From contig JAQWOP010000001.1 of NCBI GenBank assembly GCA_029245795.1, positions 16,301 through 80,300 of the forward strand: a DNA stretch of 64,000 bases, read 5' to 3'. Both the position numbers and the translations under genes were made by a program. This document shows, piece by piece, positions 41,833-53,071 of this stretch; the stretch's first letter is position 1; each line of letters begins with the position of its first letter. The notes below the pieces were generated by a model. It searched no databases and was not told the DNA's origin. It saw only the letters and a list, made by a program, of their open reading frames with translations. The stretch comes from Hyphomicrobiales bacterium. GTDB taxonomy: Bacteria; Pseudomonadota; Alphaproteobacteria; Rhizobiales; TMED25.

Positions 41833-42972
41833 CTATAAATAGTTGCTAATTATTCTAGCCGCTTCTTTCTTGCTTTCCAAGTCTTTACAAAAAATAATAT
41901 TATTAACTTCATCATGCATTTTTAATTGCTTGGCTCTAACCTCTTCTTTTTCAATTATCTTTATTACTTCTTTTGCTATGAAGGAACCTTTGCATTTTAA
42001 TTGATATAGCTCAGGGATTATGTTTGATTTATGAATAATATTAGGCAAAACAATTGAGTGAATCTTAATAAAAAATCTAAATATAGAGAAAATAATGTTT
42101 GTTTTATAAATTACGACCATTGGCAACCTTGCAATAGCCAATTCTAATGTAGCACTCCCCGATGCGACTATAGCTAAGTCAGAATTTAATATATACTTAT
42201 ATTTTTCTTGTTCATCAGTTACTATTTCGTAATTTATTTTTTTTCCTTTGAGACCTTTAATAATGACTTCTTTAAATTTTTCAAAAGTAATAATCTTTAC
42301 CGATAAGTTCTCATATTTTTTTAAAAGAATATCAAGGGCTTTTACACAGGGTTCTATTAACCTATTAACCTCACTCTCTCTACTGCCCAACATTAAAATT
42401 AATTTTATAGAGTCTAAATCATTATCTTGTTGGGTATATTGTTTTACATTCTTCATAATCTTTTCAGACAGAGGATTCCCTACATAAGTACAATTTGGAC
42501 CATTTAATTTCTTATATAATTCTGGTTCAAAAGGAAATATAGAAAGAACATGATCAATATAACTTCTCATGTTACTAGCTCGCCCCTTTCTCCAGGCCCA
42601 GATTGTTGGCGAAACATAATTTATTATTGGTATATGTGAAGATATTTTTTTAACTTTTTTTGCAACTCTATGGCTAAATTCTGGACAATCAATAATTATT
42701 AATATTTCTGGATTTAATTTGACAATGGATTTAACAGTTTTATTAATAAGATTCCTTAACTTATTGATATTTAGTATTATTTCCCATGGACCAATATAAG
42801 ATATCTCATCCATAGGAAAGAAAGATTTTAAACCATTTTCAGAGAGTTTCTCTCCACCAACACCATAGATATGAATATTATTTTTTAAAGACCTCATTTC
42901 ATTTACAAGGTCAGCTCCTATTATATCTCCTGATGTCTCGCCAACAATAATTGCAACTTTTTTTAACTGCAT
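41833..42972 (-). CDS. lpxB: Lipid-A-disaccharide synthase
   Basis: 379 aa. N-terminal GE.SGD motif (IIVGETSGDIIGA), in its conserved position after lpxA-lpxI. Its stop codon abuts the gltA stop codon with 0 nt between them. Confidence 0.9.
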   Translation of the reverse strand: MQLKKVAIIVGETSGDIIGADLVNEMRSLKNNIHIYGVGGEKLSENGLKSFFPMDEISYIGPWEIILNINKLRNLINKTVKSIVKLNPEILIIIDCPEFSHRVAKKVKKISSHIPIINYVSPTIWAWRKGRASNMRSYIDHVLSIFPFEPELYKKLNGPNCTYVGNPLSEKIMKNVKQYTQQDNDLDSIKLILMLGSRESEVNRLIEPCVKALDILLKKYENLSVKIITFEKFKEVIIKGLKGKKINYEIVTDEQEKYKYILNSDLAIVASGSATLELAIARLPMVVIYKTNIIFSIFRFFIKIHSIVLPNIIHKSNIIPELYQLKCKGSFIAKEVIKIIEKEEVRAKQLKMHDEVNNIIFCKDLESKKEAARIISNYL

Positions 42973-42977
42973 AAGCC

Positions 42978-43820
42978 CTACTCTAAAGTTACAAAATCAT
43001 CAATTACAATAAAAAAAAGATTATTCTCATTGATTAAATGTATAATTTTTTCATACTCCAAAACAATAACATCACCTTTTGTTATTGCTACACCAGATAA
43101 ATTTGCTTTAATAACTAGTTCTACTGTTTTTGGTCCAATTGTTGGCATATCTAATCTATTATCTTGAATATTTTGTGACGTCTTTAAAAATACTCCACTT
43201 TTATCAGTTGAACCTGATCTAAGTCCACAAACTCTTTCTAACATAGAATTTGTACCTTCCGCAGCTTCTACAGCTAGAATCCTTTCTTTTGATACCACGA
43301 CAGACTGCCCAATATCTAAATTACCAATTTTCTTAGCAACCTTATACGCAATCCTAATATTATCTGTTTCTTTATTTGATACTTTAACATTTGAATACAA
43401 ACCATCACTTAATGTTAGGTTTGATGATATTTGGTGTGCACCTATTATATTATACCCCTTCCCTTCAATATATTTAACTAGATTATTAAATAGAGATGAA
43501 TCACCACTATTTATAATATTTTTAAATTTCAAATAGAAAAATATATTACTAAAATTGAAATATGCACTCATATTATTTGGTCTTGTTATATACCCCACCA
43601 TAGTAATATTCTTTATATTATGTTTTTGAAGGATACTAAAAATTTTCTTTATATTCAAATTAGGTATTTCAATTATTTCATAAGTGTTTGAGCTTATTTT
43701 AAAAGAACCATTTATTGAGAATACCGTTACATCCCAACCTTTATCAGTTGCATCATTAATAACTTGCGAAGGTAAAGAACCAAACCCAGCTATTATAGCA
43801 AGTTTATCACTTCTCTTCAT
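42978..43820 (-). CDS. lpxI: UDP-2,3-diacylglucosamine pyrophosphatase LpxI (DUF1009)
   Basis: 280 aa. N-terminal LAIIAGFGSLP, DIGQSVVV and AVEAAEGT motifs. It lies between lpxA and lpxB, as in Alphaproteobacteria that lack LpxH. Confidence 0.85.
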   Translation of the reverse strand: MKRSDKLAIIAGFGSLPSQVINDATDKGWDVTVFSINGSFKISSNTYEIIEIPNLNIKKIFSILQKHNIKNITMVGYITRPNNMSAYFNFSNIFFYLKFKNIINSGDSSLFNNLVKYIEGKGYNIIGAHQISSNLTLSDGLYSNVKVSNKETDNIRIAYKVAKKIGNLDIGQSVVVSKERILAVEAAEGTNSMLERVCGLRSGSTDKSGVFLKTSQNIQDNRLDMPTIGPKTVELVIKANLSGVAITKGDVIVLEYEKIIHLINENNLFFIVIDDFVTLE

Positions 43821-43828
43821 TTGACTTA

Positions 43829-44635
43829 CTATTTAATAATACTCTTATCATTTGGATGACATATATGCCTATTAGGCTTTTCTAGAATAAATTGTATTAA
43901 ATCATTTATTTCACTAATATCTTTATATTCTATTGAAAGCGATCTTGCTCTATCCACTATTTCACTAGATGGACCATCAAATATCAGTTTATATACTTTT
44001 TGAATTAAAAATATTGATTCTTTAGAAAAATTTCTTCTCTTTAAACCAGTTATATTAACACCAGTCAGGTAACAACGACGAAGAATACCCTTACCAAGAC
44101 CATATGGCAATATATCCTGCTCAACCCCTGTCATTCCAGCTATAAATGCATGTTTGCCAATCCTAACATGCTGATGTAAGGCCGATAGACCACCTATGAT
44201 TGCATAATCACCAACAGTAGTATGACCCGCAAGTGTTGCTTGATTTATGAGGATTACATTATCACCGATTTCACAATCATGAGCAACGTGAGAGTCTACC
44301 ATTAAAAAACAATTATTACCGATCTTTGTAACTGATTTAGATTGCTTTGTACCAGAATGTATTGTTACATTTTCTCTTATAATACAATCTTTACCAATCA
44401 AAACATAAGTAATCTCATCTTTAAATTTAATGTCTTGAGGTGGCATGCCAATAATTGCATTGGGAAATATACTTGTATTAGTTCCTATAGACGTATAACC
44501 ATCAATTATTACATGTGCATATACTTTAACATTTTCTTCTAAAGTAACATTTTTACCAATATATGAGAATGGTCCAACACTTACATTTTGGCCAATTATT
44601 GCACCATCTTCTATGATTGCAGTAGGGTGTATCAT
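43829..44635 (-). CDS. lpxA: Acyl-ACP--UDP-N-acetylglucosamine O-acyltransferase
   Basis: 268 aa. MIHPTAIIEDGA start and left-handed beta-helix hexapeptide repeats. HVAHDC active-site region present. Confidence 0.94.
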   Translation of the reverse strand: MIHPTAIIEDGAIIGQNVSVGPFSYIGKNVTLEENVKVYAHVIIDGYTSIGTNTSIFPNAIIGMPPQDIKFKDEITYVLIGKDCIIRENVTIHSGTKQSKSVTKIGNNCFLMVDSHVAHDCEIGDNVILINQATLAGHTTVGDYAIIGGLSALHQHVRIGKHAFIAGMTGVEQDILPYGLGKGILRRCYLTGVNITGLKRRNFSKESIFLIQKVYKLIFDGPSSEIVDRARSLSIEYKDISEINDLIQFILEKPNRHICHPNDKSIIK

Positions 44636-45108
44636 GCAGTAAACTCTTCATCAATCATTGCACTGATTTCTGCTTCGGCTACAAGTTTTCCCAAAACAAA
44701 AGCCTCACCCTTGAATTTCCATACATTAGCTCTCTGCCTAATTTTTTTAAGATGATAATATAATATATCACCGGGTATAACAGGTTTTCTAAACTTAGCT
44801 TTATCTATTGTCATAAAGAAAATTTTGGAAAGAGGTGTTTCAAGATCCCTTGATAACACGCACATTACTGCAGCTGTTTGAGCCATACCTTCAATTTGCA
44901 AGACACCTGGCATTATAGGATTATTAGGAAAATGACCTTGAAAATAAGGTTCATTTATAGTTACGTTCTTTACACCAATGCCATATATATCTTTATTCAT
45001 TTCTATAATTTTATCTATTAAAAGAAATGGATAAGCATGTGGTAATATTTTTGAAATCAGATTAATGTCAGCTGTTCTGAGTTCATTATTATCTGTGTAA
45101 GTTTTCAT
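44632..45108 (-). CDS. fabZ: 3-hydroxyacyl-ACP dehydratase
   Basis: 158 aa hot-dog fold with the motif FQGHFPNNPIMPGVLQIEGMAQ. Confidence 0.95.
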   Translation of the reverse strand: MKTYTDNNELRTADINLISKILPHAYPFLLIDKIIEMNKDIYGIGVKNVTINEPYFQGHFPNNPIMPGVLQIEGMAQTAAVMCVLSRDLETPLSKIFFMTIDKAKFRKPVIPGDILYYHLKKIRQRANVWKFKGEAFVLGKLVAEAEISAMIDEEFTA

Positions 45109-45166
45109 TTATTCAAATTCCAAAATATATATGATAATTTATAACATAAGAATCTAATGTTTATAA

Positions 45167-46189
45167 TTACTTTCTTGATAATCTAGTTAATGTTTTAATT
45201 TCATTTAAGTATTTATCAATTTCTCTATGTGGTCTACCTGCGACTTTTTGATTTGGTTGGACGTTATGCATGATACCAGATCCTGCAGCAACTTGAGCAT
45301 TGTCGCCAATTTTTCTGTGTGGAATTACACCAACCTGCCCCCCTAGAATTACATTATCACCAATTGTAACACTTCCAGATACACCTACTTGTCCAGCTAA
45401 GCCACAATTTTGACCTACTGTGACGTTATGAGCGATATGAACAAGATTATCTATTTTTGTTCCCTCACCGATAATGGTATCGTTTAAAGAGCCTCGATCT
45501 ATTGTGGTATTTGCTCCAATTTCAACATTATCTTGGATAATTACACGACCTATATGAGGAAATTTTATAAAATTTTTTCCGGAGTGACCGTAACCAAAAC
45601 CATCCTGACCAAGCCTTGTACCAGGATGAATAACTACATTATCTCCAATATAACAGTGTTGGAGAGAACAATTTGATCCAACAAAAACATTTCTACCTAT
45701 TATCACATTGTTGCCAATTACGGTATTTGCCTCAATAAATGATTTCTGACCAATTGAAACACCGGATTTTACTACAACACCACTTTCTATTCGAATTTCT
45801 TTTTCAAGTTTTACGTCATCAGCAATAATAGAATGCTCATCTATAGAATAATCCAAAGTCTTATCTACACTCTGATAAAACATATTCATAGCATTAATAA
45901 TTGCAAACTCTGGATTTGGAGTAATGATAGGAATTACATCATTAGGCAATATATCGACAATATCTTCTCTAATAAAACATGCAGCTGCTTTAATATCTCG
46001 AGTTCCATTAATATAGTTTTTATCACTTAAATAAGTTAAATCATTTGAGGTTGATTCAGAAAGAGTTGTAATTTCATGAATCTGAATATCAGAAAAATGA
46101 TCTGGTATTGGATGATCATTCAAAACTGTTTTTACTATCTCAGATAACTTATAAGGACCATTATTTATAAAAAATGATTTAACTTTCAT
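45167..46189 (-). CDS. lpxD: UDP-3-O-acylglucosamine N-acyltransferase
   Basis: 340 aa. N-terminal UDP-binding domain followed by hexapeptide repeats (IGDNV..G..V.IG). In its conserved position. Confidence 0.93.
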   Translation of the reverse strand: MKVKSFFINNGPYKLSEIVKTVLNDHPIPDHFSDIQIHEITTLSESTSNDLTYLSDKNYINGTRDIKAAACFIREDIVDILPNDVIPIITPNPEFAIINAMNMFYQSVDKTLDYSIDEHSIIADDVKLEKEIRIESGVVVKSGVSIGQKSFIEANTVIGNNVIIGRNVFVGSNCSLQHCYIGDNVVIHPGTRLGQDGFGYGHSGKNFIKFPHIGRVIIQDNVEIGANTTIDRGSLNDTIIGEGTKIDNLVHIAHNVTVGQNCGLAGQVGVSGSVTIGDNVILGGQVGVIPHRKIGDNAQVAAGSGIMHNVQPNQKVAGRPHREIDKYLNEIKTLTRLSRK

Positions 46190-46251
46190 AAGAACACATT
46201 TACACCTTTTTCATGAAAATTATAACTTTTAAATATATTAAATAATATGAA

Positions 46252-48546
46252 TTAGAAGTTTGTTCCACCAGAAAAATGGAAAAATTCTGTTTCATCAAAA
46301 CTTTCTTTGGTTAAAGCTTCAGTAAAGTCAAATCTGAGTAGTCCAATTGGAGAATCCCAGAAAATAGATGCACCAGCAGATGATCTCAACATGGATGAAT
46401 CATTTACAACTGGATCTGTTACAAGATCAGATCCATAGAGTGAAGCAGCATTTAAATGCAAACCACCTCTTACTCCATACTCATCAGAAAGACCTGGAAT
46501 TGGAAAATTAATTTCTGCAGAAGATTTTAAATACGTGTTACCACCCACTGCTTCTTTTTTTGAGTTTGTATAATCAGGATGAAGTCGAGGACTAATTCCC
46601 CGAGGACCAAAACCTCTAAGCATAGACCCAGGTTCCATAAATGCTTGTGAAATTAATACATCCTTATCACTATTAAGAGCAAATATATGCCCTGCTTCCA
46701 TTGATAAGGAACCAATTAAATCTTTATTGAAATCATGAATATAATCTCCTGAAAATTCTGTACTTAGATAAGAAACATCTCCACCAGAAAAGTCTTGGCT
46801 AAAAACAAATGACATACCATTAGTTGGCATGATTGGGTTATCAAGATTACTAAATGACAGAGAATAACCAATCTCCGCAATATCTCTCTTACCTTCTAAT
46901 TGTTTAAGGGCAGTAGATGCATCGCTCGGAACACCATATACTTCATTTTTTGTATATTTAGCTCTAGTCTTTAAAAATAAATCCTTAGATAACGGGAAAC
47001 CAAAACGTACACCTGCACCTACTTCACTTTGGGTGTAATTGGATGTATCAGTACTATCTCGCTCATCACCAAAGATATCAAAACCAAATGAAACATCACT
47101 ATCAAGAAAAGATGGCTCAGTGAAATTTAGGTTTAAACGATTTCTATCACCACTTAAGTTTGTATTCAAAGAGATATATTGCCCCTTACCGAGTAAGTTT
47201 CTTTCTGTAAGATACACAGTGCCGACAAGGCCTCTATTGCTTGAATACCCTGCTCCAAATGATAGAGAGCCTGTATTTGACTCACTGACTGTAATATCAA
47301 TAATTTTCCTATCTGGAGAAGAACCATTAAGAGTACGCACATTTACATCAGAGAAAAAATTCAATCTTCTAAGATTGCGCATAGAGCGGTTTAAATAAGT
47401 TTGATTTAGAGCATCTCCTTCAGAGATTGTAAGTTCCCGTCTAATAACATAATCAAATGTCCGCTGATTGCCAGAAATATCAATTCTTTCAATATAAACA
47501 GGTGGTCCATTTATAATTTGATAATCAACATTTACCAATAATGATTTCTCATTAATCTTTTCAACGCCCATGGCTACAACAAATGGGTAACCTTGTGATC
47601 TCATGAAATCGACAATATTTATGGAAGTTTGATCAATTTCTGATGCACTATAAATACCACCTTCAAGTGTACTAATATTATATAAAATTTCCTCTGGCAT
47701 AACACCTTTTACAGAATTTGATAACGTAACATCACCAAATTTATATCTCTTACCCTCATCTAATGTGAAAGTGATGATAAAATTACCAGTATTACTATCT
47801 AATTCAGCAATTGAATTCGTTATTTTGAAATTAACATATCCATTATTCCTATAATACTGTCTAAGTAGTTCTTTATCATATTCCATTAGATCATTGTCAT
47901 ATGATTTACCAGTTCCCCAGATTGCATCTATCCAATTACTCCTTTTGGATTGTATTACAGTTCTTAGAGCCCTATCAGTATAATTTTCATTACCTATAAA
48001 ATTTATATCTGTTATTTTTGTAACTGGCCCCTCTTTTATTTCAAAAACAAGATTAATTCTATTAAAATCAAGCTTAATAATTTTTGGTTCAACAACCACA
48101 CTAAATCTTCCAGCAGATCTGTATGCAGCAATAATACTATCAATATCATCTTCTAATTTGATTTTTGAAAACGTTGATCTTGAAGAGAATTTAGCAACAT
48201 TTGCTAAGTCTTCATCAGAAAGTGCACTATTACCCTCAAAAGCAACTAAATTTATTGTATAATGCTCAACAACATTTATTACTATATTTGAATCTTCATA
48301 AGCTATCTGAATATCCGAAAAAAGATCAGTCTTGTATAGATCTTTAAGAGATCTATCAATTGAAGATGAATCGTATATATCTCCGCTTCTTAAACCTGAG
48401 TAATTTATAATAGTAGAATCTTCAATTCTATTATTACCACTTACAAGTATTTCTTTGATAACATGGGAATTGGCATTAGCCTCCAATAAAAATGGACCAC
48501 TCGTAAAGAGAAAGAAAAATATTGTTATTTTAGTTATAAATCTCAA
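46252..48546 (-). CDS. bamA: Outer-membrane protein assembly factor BamA
   Basis: 764 aa. Signal peptide, five POTRA-like repeats and a C-terminal beta-barrel ending in an aromatic residue (…FHFSGGTNF). Confidence 0.94.
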   Translation of the reverse strand: MRFITKITIFFFLFTSGPFLLEANANSHVIKEILVSGNNRIEDSTIINYSGLRSGDIYDSSSIDRSLKDLYKTDLFSDIQIAYEDSNIVINVVEHYTINLVAFEGNSALSDEDLANVAKFSSRSTFSKIKLEDDIDSIIAAYRSAGRFSVVVEPKIIKLDFNRINLVFEIKEGPVTKITDINFIGNENYTDRALRTVIQSKRSNWIDAIWGTGKSYDNDLMEYDKELLRQYYRNNGYVNFKITNSIAELDSNTGNFIITFTLDEGKRYKFGDVTLSNSVKGVMPEEILYNISTLEGGIYSASEIDQTSINIVDFMRSQGYPFVVAMGVEKINEKSLLVNVDYQIINGPPVYIERIDISGNQRTFDYVIRRELTISEGDALNQTYLNRSMRNLRRLNFFSDVNVRTLNGSSPDRKIIDITVSESNTGSLSFGAGYSSNRGLVGTVYLTERNLLGKGQYISLNTNLSGDRNRLNLNFTEPSFLDSDVSFGFDIFGDERDSTDTSNYTQSEVGAGVRFGFPLSKDLFLKTRAKYTKNEVYGVPSDASTALKQLEGKRDIAEIGYSLSFSNLDNPIMPTNGMSFVFSQDFSGGDVSYLSTEFSGDYIHDFNKDLIGSLSMEAGHIFALNSDKDVLISQAFMEPGSMLRGFGPRGISPRLHPDYTNSKKEAVGGNTYLKSSAEINFPIPGLSDEYGVRGGLHLNAASLYGSDLVTDPVVNDSSMLRSSAGASIFWDSPIGLLRFDFTEALTKESFDETEFFHFSGGTNF

Positions 48547-48595
48547 TTCATAAATTCCATATTATTAATTATGTTTCTATATAAACCTTATTTTA

Positions 48596-49726
48596 TTAAA
48601 ATATATTTAAAAAATTCAAATCATTCCATATTGCAAAGAACATTAGGAAAATTATAAATGACAATCCAACTTTATGAAATAATTCATGAGCCTTATCACC
48701 AAGTGGCTTCCCTCTTATTGCCTCAATCAAATAAAACACCAAATGACCTCCGTCAAGCATTGGAATTGGGAATAGATTAATCAATCCAATACTTACTGAT
48801 AGTAGTGCCGTCAAATGAATTAATGGATATATTCCATTCTTAGCAACATCTCCTGATATTTGAGCAATTCTAATTGGGCCACCGAGATGTTCTGTAGATT
48901 CATTTCCTGTTATTATTTTGTAAAGATACCCTAATGATAAGTGAATAATATTATAGGTATCTCCCACACCCTGGTTCAACGCCCTATGAATTGGTAGTTT
49001 TTCAGTAATAATATTCTCTTTCAGTCCACCCCCACCTATTCCAATATATGGATATGAGTTAGAGTTATTTTCTTGATTATATGACTTAAAAATAGGAACT
49101 AAAGTAAGATCAACAATAGACTGATCTCTTAATACACTAAACTTTATATCATTCGAATTACTCTCTTTTAAGATCCTGGGAATATCATTAAATGCTTTGA
49201 CTTGAATATCATTCATAGTAAGAATTTGATCGCCAATAATAATCCCACCTAACATAGCAGGACTATTTTCTTCAACAGACTCTACGACAGGAAGGACTGT
49301 TGTTTTGCCATGAAATGAATAAAAGAAAGTAAAAATAAGTATAGCTAATATAAAATTTGCAATTGGACCAGCTGATACAATTGCACTTTTTGCTTTTAAG
49401 GATTTATTATGGAATCCATTCTCATTTATAATTAATTTATCTTTGAGACTTGCAGGATCAACATCATCTATAAATTTAACGTAACCACCTAGTGGAATCC
49501 AACATACTTTCCATTCAGTTCCTCTCTTATCTATATAACCAAATATTTTTCTCCCAAAACCAATAGAAAAACTTTCAATATCAACTTTATTATATCTTGC
49601 TATCAAAAAGTGACCTAATTCATGAAAAAAGACAACAACCGTTAGTACAAATAAAAACGGGATTGTATAAATAAATATATTCATAAAAAATTGATAAAAT
49701 TGTCCAAAATCCATACCTAGCACCAT
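48596..49726 (-). CDS. rseP: Site-2 (RIP) zinc metalloprotease RseP
   Basis: 376 aa. The HELGH motif lies in TM1, a PDZ domain is in the middle, and NLFPIPMLDGG follows. The start could be 12 nt downstream (MDFG). Confidence 0.9.
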   Translation of the reverse strand: MVLGMDFGQFYQFFMNIFIYTIPFLFVLTVVVFFHELGHFLIARYNKVDIESFSIGFGRKIFGYIDKRGTEWKVCWIPLGGYVKFIDDVDPASLKDKLIINENGFHNKSLKAKSAIVSAGPIANFILAILIFTFFYSFHGKTTVLPVVESVEENSPAMLGGIIIGDQILTMNDIQVKAFNDIPRILKESNSNDIKFSVLRDQSIVDLTLVPIFKSYNQENNSNSYPYIGIGGGGLKENIITEKLPIHRALNQGVGDTYNIIHLSLGYLYKIITGNESTEHLGGPIRIAQISGDVAKNGIYPLIHLTALLSVSIGLINLFPIPMLDGGHLVFYLIEAIRGKPLGDKAHELFHKVGLSFIIFLMFFAIWNDLNFLNIF

Positions 49727-50898
49727 CTCTTTTCTTTTATTGTATTTGAAGCATAAGTCTTTATTTTATGACCCAGTGATAAAATATTCTTTAAATTTGA
49801 AATATCATTATTTTTTAGGGTTTCAGAATATACAAGACAACTTTTCATAACTTTATATATATCAGAAAAAGATATTTTTTTTAAAAGAAAATTTTGAACT
49901 GCTACCTCACTTGCAGCATTATATGCGACAAGAGCCTGAGGACCTAAATCAATTGCGTCTCTAGCCATTTTCAAGGCTGGAAACCTATCATTATCTGGCT
50001 TCTTAAATGTTAGTTTTTCTATATCATAAAAATTTATATTCTTGAATTCTAAGGCATTATCAACCGTTCCAAATATTGCATTACTAATTGGTATTTTCAT
50101 ATCAGGAATTGATAATAAGGCATTTGTAGTTCCATCTTTCATTGACACCATTCCATGTATAATTGATTCAGGGTGAACTAAAACACGGATTTTTTTATGA
50201 TTAATTTGAAAGAGGTACGAGGCTTCTATTAATTCTAAACCTTTGTTAATTAAAGTCGCTGAATCAATTGTTATCTTTTTGCCCATGTTCCAAGTGGGAT
50301 GTTTCAAAGCATCCTCAACTGTAACTTTACTCAATTGTTCAATTGGGGTACTGAGGAAAGGCCCTCCGGAAGCAGTTAATATTATTTCTTTTAAATTCTT
50401 TTTTTCAACATTTTTAAGCAGGTTGTATATAGCATTATGCTCTGAATCAACAGGAACAATAGATGTTTTATGATTTATTTTTTTATCAAATAATAAATTA
50501 CCGCATGTAACAATGGACTCTTTATTAGCAATAGCTAGTTTTTCAGTATTATTTATTGCTGAAAGAGTTGGTTCAATTCCTGCTGAACCTGAAATAGCAG
50601 AAAGAACTATGTCAGTTGGTTGGGATATCACATCAAGCACAGATTCTTTACCACTTTTAATTTTAATACCAGAGCCAAATAAATTAGATTTTAATTCTTT
50701 ATATTTTTTTTCTTCAAATATTACCGCATACTTGGGTCGAAATGCTAGTGATTGCTCTGTTAATAAATTAATATTTTTACCTGCAATGAGTGCATGTATA
50801 AATAAATTATCTCTTACTGATGGAATAGATAATGTATTTTTTCCTATTGAACCAGTAGACCCTAGAATTGATATATTCTTTTTAGATTGTTTTATCAT
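49717..50898 (-). CDS. dxr: 1-deoxy-D-xylulose-5-phosphate reductoisomerase
   Basis: 393 aa. Motifs: ILGSTGSIG, PVDSEH, LTASGGPF, NKGLE.IEA. Confidence 0.95.
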   Translation of the reverse strand: MIKQSKKNISILGSTGSIGKNTLSIPSVRDNLFIHALIAGKNINLLTEQSLAFRPKYAVIFEEKKYKELKSNLFGSGIKIKSGKESVLDVISQPTDIVLSAISGSAGIEPTLSAINNTEKLAIANKESIVTCGNLLFDKKINHKTSIVPVDSEHNAIYNLLKNVEKKNLKEIILTASGGPFLSTPIEQLSKVTVEDALKHPTWNMGKKITIDSATLINKGLELIEASYLFQINHKKIRVLVHPESIIHGMVSMKDGTTNALLSIPDMKIPISNAIFGTVDNALEFKNINFYDIEKLTFKKPDNDRFPALKMARDAIDLGPQALVAYNAASEVAVQNFLLKKISFSDIYKVMKSCLVYSETLKNNDISNLKNILSLGHKIKTYASNTIKEKRWC

Positions 50899-51740
50899 AT
50901 CAAGTTCTCAACTGAAATTAATTCAATTCCACTTAAATTAATAATTTTAAATATAAAGATCATAATAATAAAAACTAATGAAGATCCAATTACACTATCA
51001 AGTCTATCAATTACCCCCCCATGTCCAGGTAATAAATTACTAGAATTTTTTACATCAAAATTTCTTTTTATAAAAGAAGCTAATAAGTCCCCCAGAATCG
51101 CCCCTGCTGACATAAAAATAATCATAACAAATAAGAGATATATATTTAACTTTATATCAGCTGCAATGATAATAGGTATGATTATCACACTGGGCATAAT
51201 TAATGCAAAAAAAGTACCTTCAAGAGTCTTATTTGGAGATATGTATGGAAATATTTTCTTTTTTCCACATATTTGGCCACCAAAGTAACCGGAGACATCA
51301 GAAATTATTGCAATTGCAATAATAAACAACGTTAAAAGTAGGCCATCTGGAAAATTAGCTTCGCTCCTAACTTCATTTAAAATAATAAATGGAATGTAGG
51401 AAATCAACAAGCTAAGCGGAAGCCAATTCTTATAAGATTTTAGCTTATTGATTATAATAATGGCAAATGTGATAAAAGAATATATGCATAAACAAACTAT
51501 ATAAGAGAAATAATTTAGCAATCCCACTGAAATCAGAAGAAAAAACACATACAATATAATTGATATCTTTCCATGTTTATGTTTGGTGATAAGTAATAAC
51601 TCAAAAAAGATAAGAGTTGATAAAAAAATTAAAAAGAATTGGTAAATCAAACCTCCCCAATAAATAGGAAATATAAATAAAGGCAACATCACCGATGAAG
51701 TAATTAATCTTTGTTTTAAATTTTTAACATCTTTTATCAT
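50895..51740 (-). CDS. cdsA: Phosphatidate cytidylyltransferase
   Basis: Polytopic membrane protein with the C-terminal signature SF.KR...KD...L.PGHGG..DR.DS. I prefer start MIKDVKNLKQR (ATG 51740). The track ORF start (51776) would overlap uppS by 17 nt. Confidence 0.88.
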   Translation of the reverse strand: MIKDVKNLKQRLITSSVMLPLFIFPIYWGGLIYQFFLIFLSTLIFFELLLITKHKHGKISIILYVFFLLISVGLLNYFSYIVCLCIYSFITFAIIIINKLKSYKNWLPLSLLISYIPFIILNEVRSEANFPDGLLLTLFIIAIAIISDVSGYFGGQICGKKKIFPYISPNKTLEGTFFALIMPSVIIIPIIIAADIKLNIYLLFVMIIFMSAGAILGDLLASFIKRNFDVKNSSNLLPGHGGVIDRLDSVIGSSLVFIIMIFIFKIINLSGIELISVENLI

Positions 51741-51759
51741 GATAGCATTTTTATTTAAA

Positions 51760-52473
51760 CTAAATACTAGAGCCATATCTTCTCTCTCTAGAAGAGTATT
51801 GCATTAGAGCATCTTTTAGTAAACTTTCATTAAAATCTGGCCATAAAGTATCAAAGAAAACGAATTCGGAATACGCACATTGCCAAAGTAAAAAATTACT
51901 TAGACGTTTCTCACCACTTGTTCTTATTATCAGATCAGGGTCAGGTATTAATGCAGTATCAAGGTAACCATTAATAAGATCCTCGCTAATTTCATCACTT
52001 TTTATTAGTTTTTTATCAAAATCATTTATTATTTTATCAATAGATCTTTTTAACTCATTCCGACCGCTATAATTGAAAGCAGCTAATAGCACGAGACCTG
52101 TATTGTTTTTTGTTTCTTCTTGAACTTTATATATAATTTTTTGCTGTTGCTTCCCTAAACCTTCAATATCTCCTATAACTTTAATTTTAATATTATATTT
52201 TTTTATTTCTTTTAAGTATTGACCTGAAAAAGTATTCATTAAGATCATTAGATGAGAAACTTCATTTGCAGATCTATTCCAATTTTCTTTGCTAAAACTA
52301 TATAAAGTCAAATAATTTATGTTTAAATCAGAAGCTGATTTAGCTATTGAAACAAGTGTTTTGATCCCTTCCTCATGACCACGTAAGTCATCAAGGTCAT
52401 GTTTTTTGGCCCATCTTCTATTGCCATCCATAATTATGGCAACATGGTTAGGAGGAGTATTATTATCAATCAT
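51760..52473 (-). CDS. uppS: Undecaprenyl-diphosphate synthase
   Basis: 237 aa. Motifs: HVAIIMDGNRRWA, RTSGE.R.SNFLLWQ.AY.E. Confidence 0.95.
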   Translation of the reverse strand: MIDNNTPPNHVAIIMDGNRRWAKKHDLDDLRGHEEGIKTLVSIAKSASDLNINYLTLYSFSKENWNRSANEVSHLMILMNTFSGQYLKEIKKYNIKIKVIGDIEGLGKQQQKIIYKVQEETKNNTGLVLLAAFNYSGRNELKRSIDKIINDFDKKLIKSDEISEDLINGYLDTALIPDPDLIIRTSGEKRLSNFLLWQCAYSEFVFFDTLWPDFNESLLKDALMQYSSRERRYGSSI

Positions 52474-52501
52474 AGATGGTAAATTGGTAAATTTAAAATA
52501 A

Positions 52502-53065
52502 TTAAACGCTCATTATTTCGCTAGTTTTTTTTTGCAAAGTTTCATCAATTATTTTTATTGATGAGTCTGTAAGCTTTTGTATATCATTACTATATATTTT
52601 ATGGTCATCTTGGCTAATATCATTATTTTTCTCAAGCTTTTTAAGAGTATCCATCCCATCTCTTCTAACGTTTCGAACGGCAACTCGAGCATTCTCAGAA
52701 TATTTACTTGCAACTCGAGAAAGTTCTTCCCTTCTTTCTGAGTTAAGTTCTGGAATAGGAATACGAATTAATTGACCATCTGTTGATGGATTTAAACCTA
52801 GACCTGAATCCCTAATTGATTTATCTACAATATCTACTTGAGATTTATCCCAAACTTGGATAGCAATAGTTCTTGGATCAGGAACACTTACTGTGCCAAG
52901 CTGATTTATTGGCATTTTTGAGCCATAAATATCTACTGATATTGGCTCTAATAGTGAAGCAGATGCCCTACCAGTTCTCAATCCAGAAAACTCATTTTTT
53001 AAAGAAGATACAGCTCCATCCATCCTCTTTGAGAAATCTTGTATGTCAAATATATTCTCCATCAT
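52502..53065 (-). CDS. frr: Ribosome recycling factor
   Basis: 187 aa. Motifs: LRTGRAS..LLE and IP.L..ERR.EL.K. Confidence 0.95.
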   Translation of the reverse strand: MMENIFDIQDFSKRMDGAVSSLKNEFSGLRTGRASASLLEPISVDIYGSKMPINQLGTVSVPDPRTIAIQVWDKSQVDIVDKSIRDSGLGLNPSTDGQLIRIPIPELNSERREELSRVASKYSENARVAVRNVRRDGMDTLKKLEKNNDISQDDHKIYSNDIQKLTDSSIKIIDETLQKKTSEIMSV

Positions 53066-53071
53066 AAAATC

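Noticed and set aside
50513-51288. Long antisense ORFs (142 aa and 133 aa) opposite dxr and cdsA; similar cases at 47039-47398 opposite bamA and 16425-16727 opposite uvrA
   Set aside because: They lie entirely within well-conserved genes on the other strand. Their composition is S/F/L/I-rich and unlike real proteins, and they have no SD. Open antisense frames of this kind are a known by-product of codon structure.
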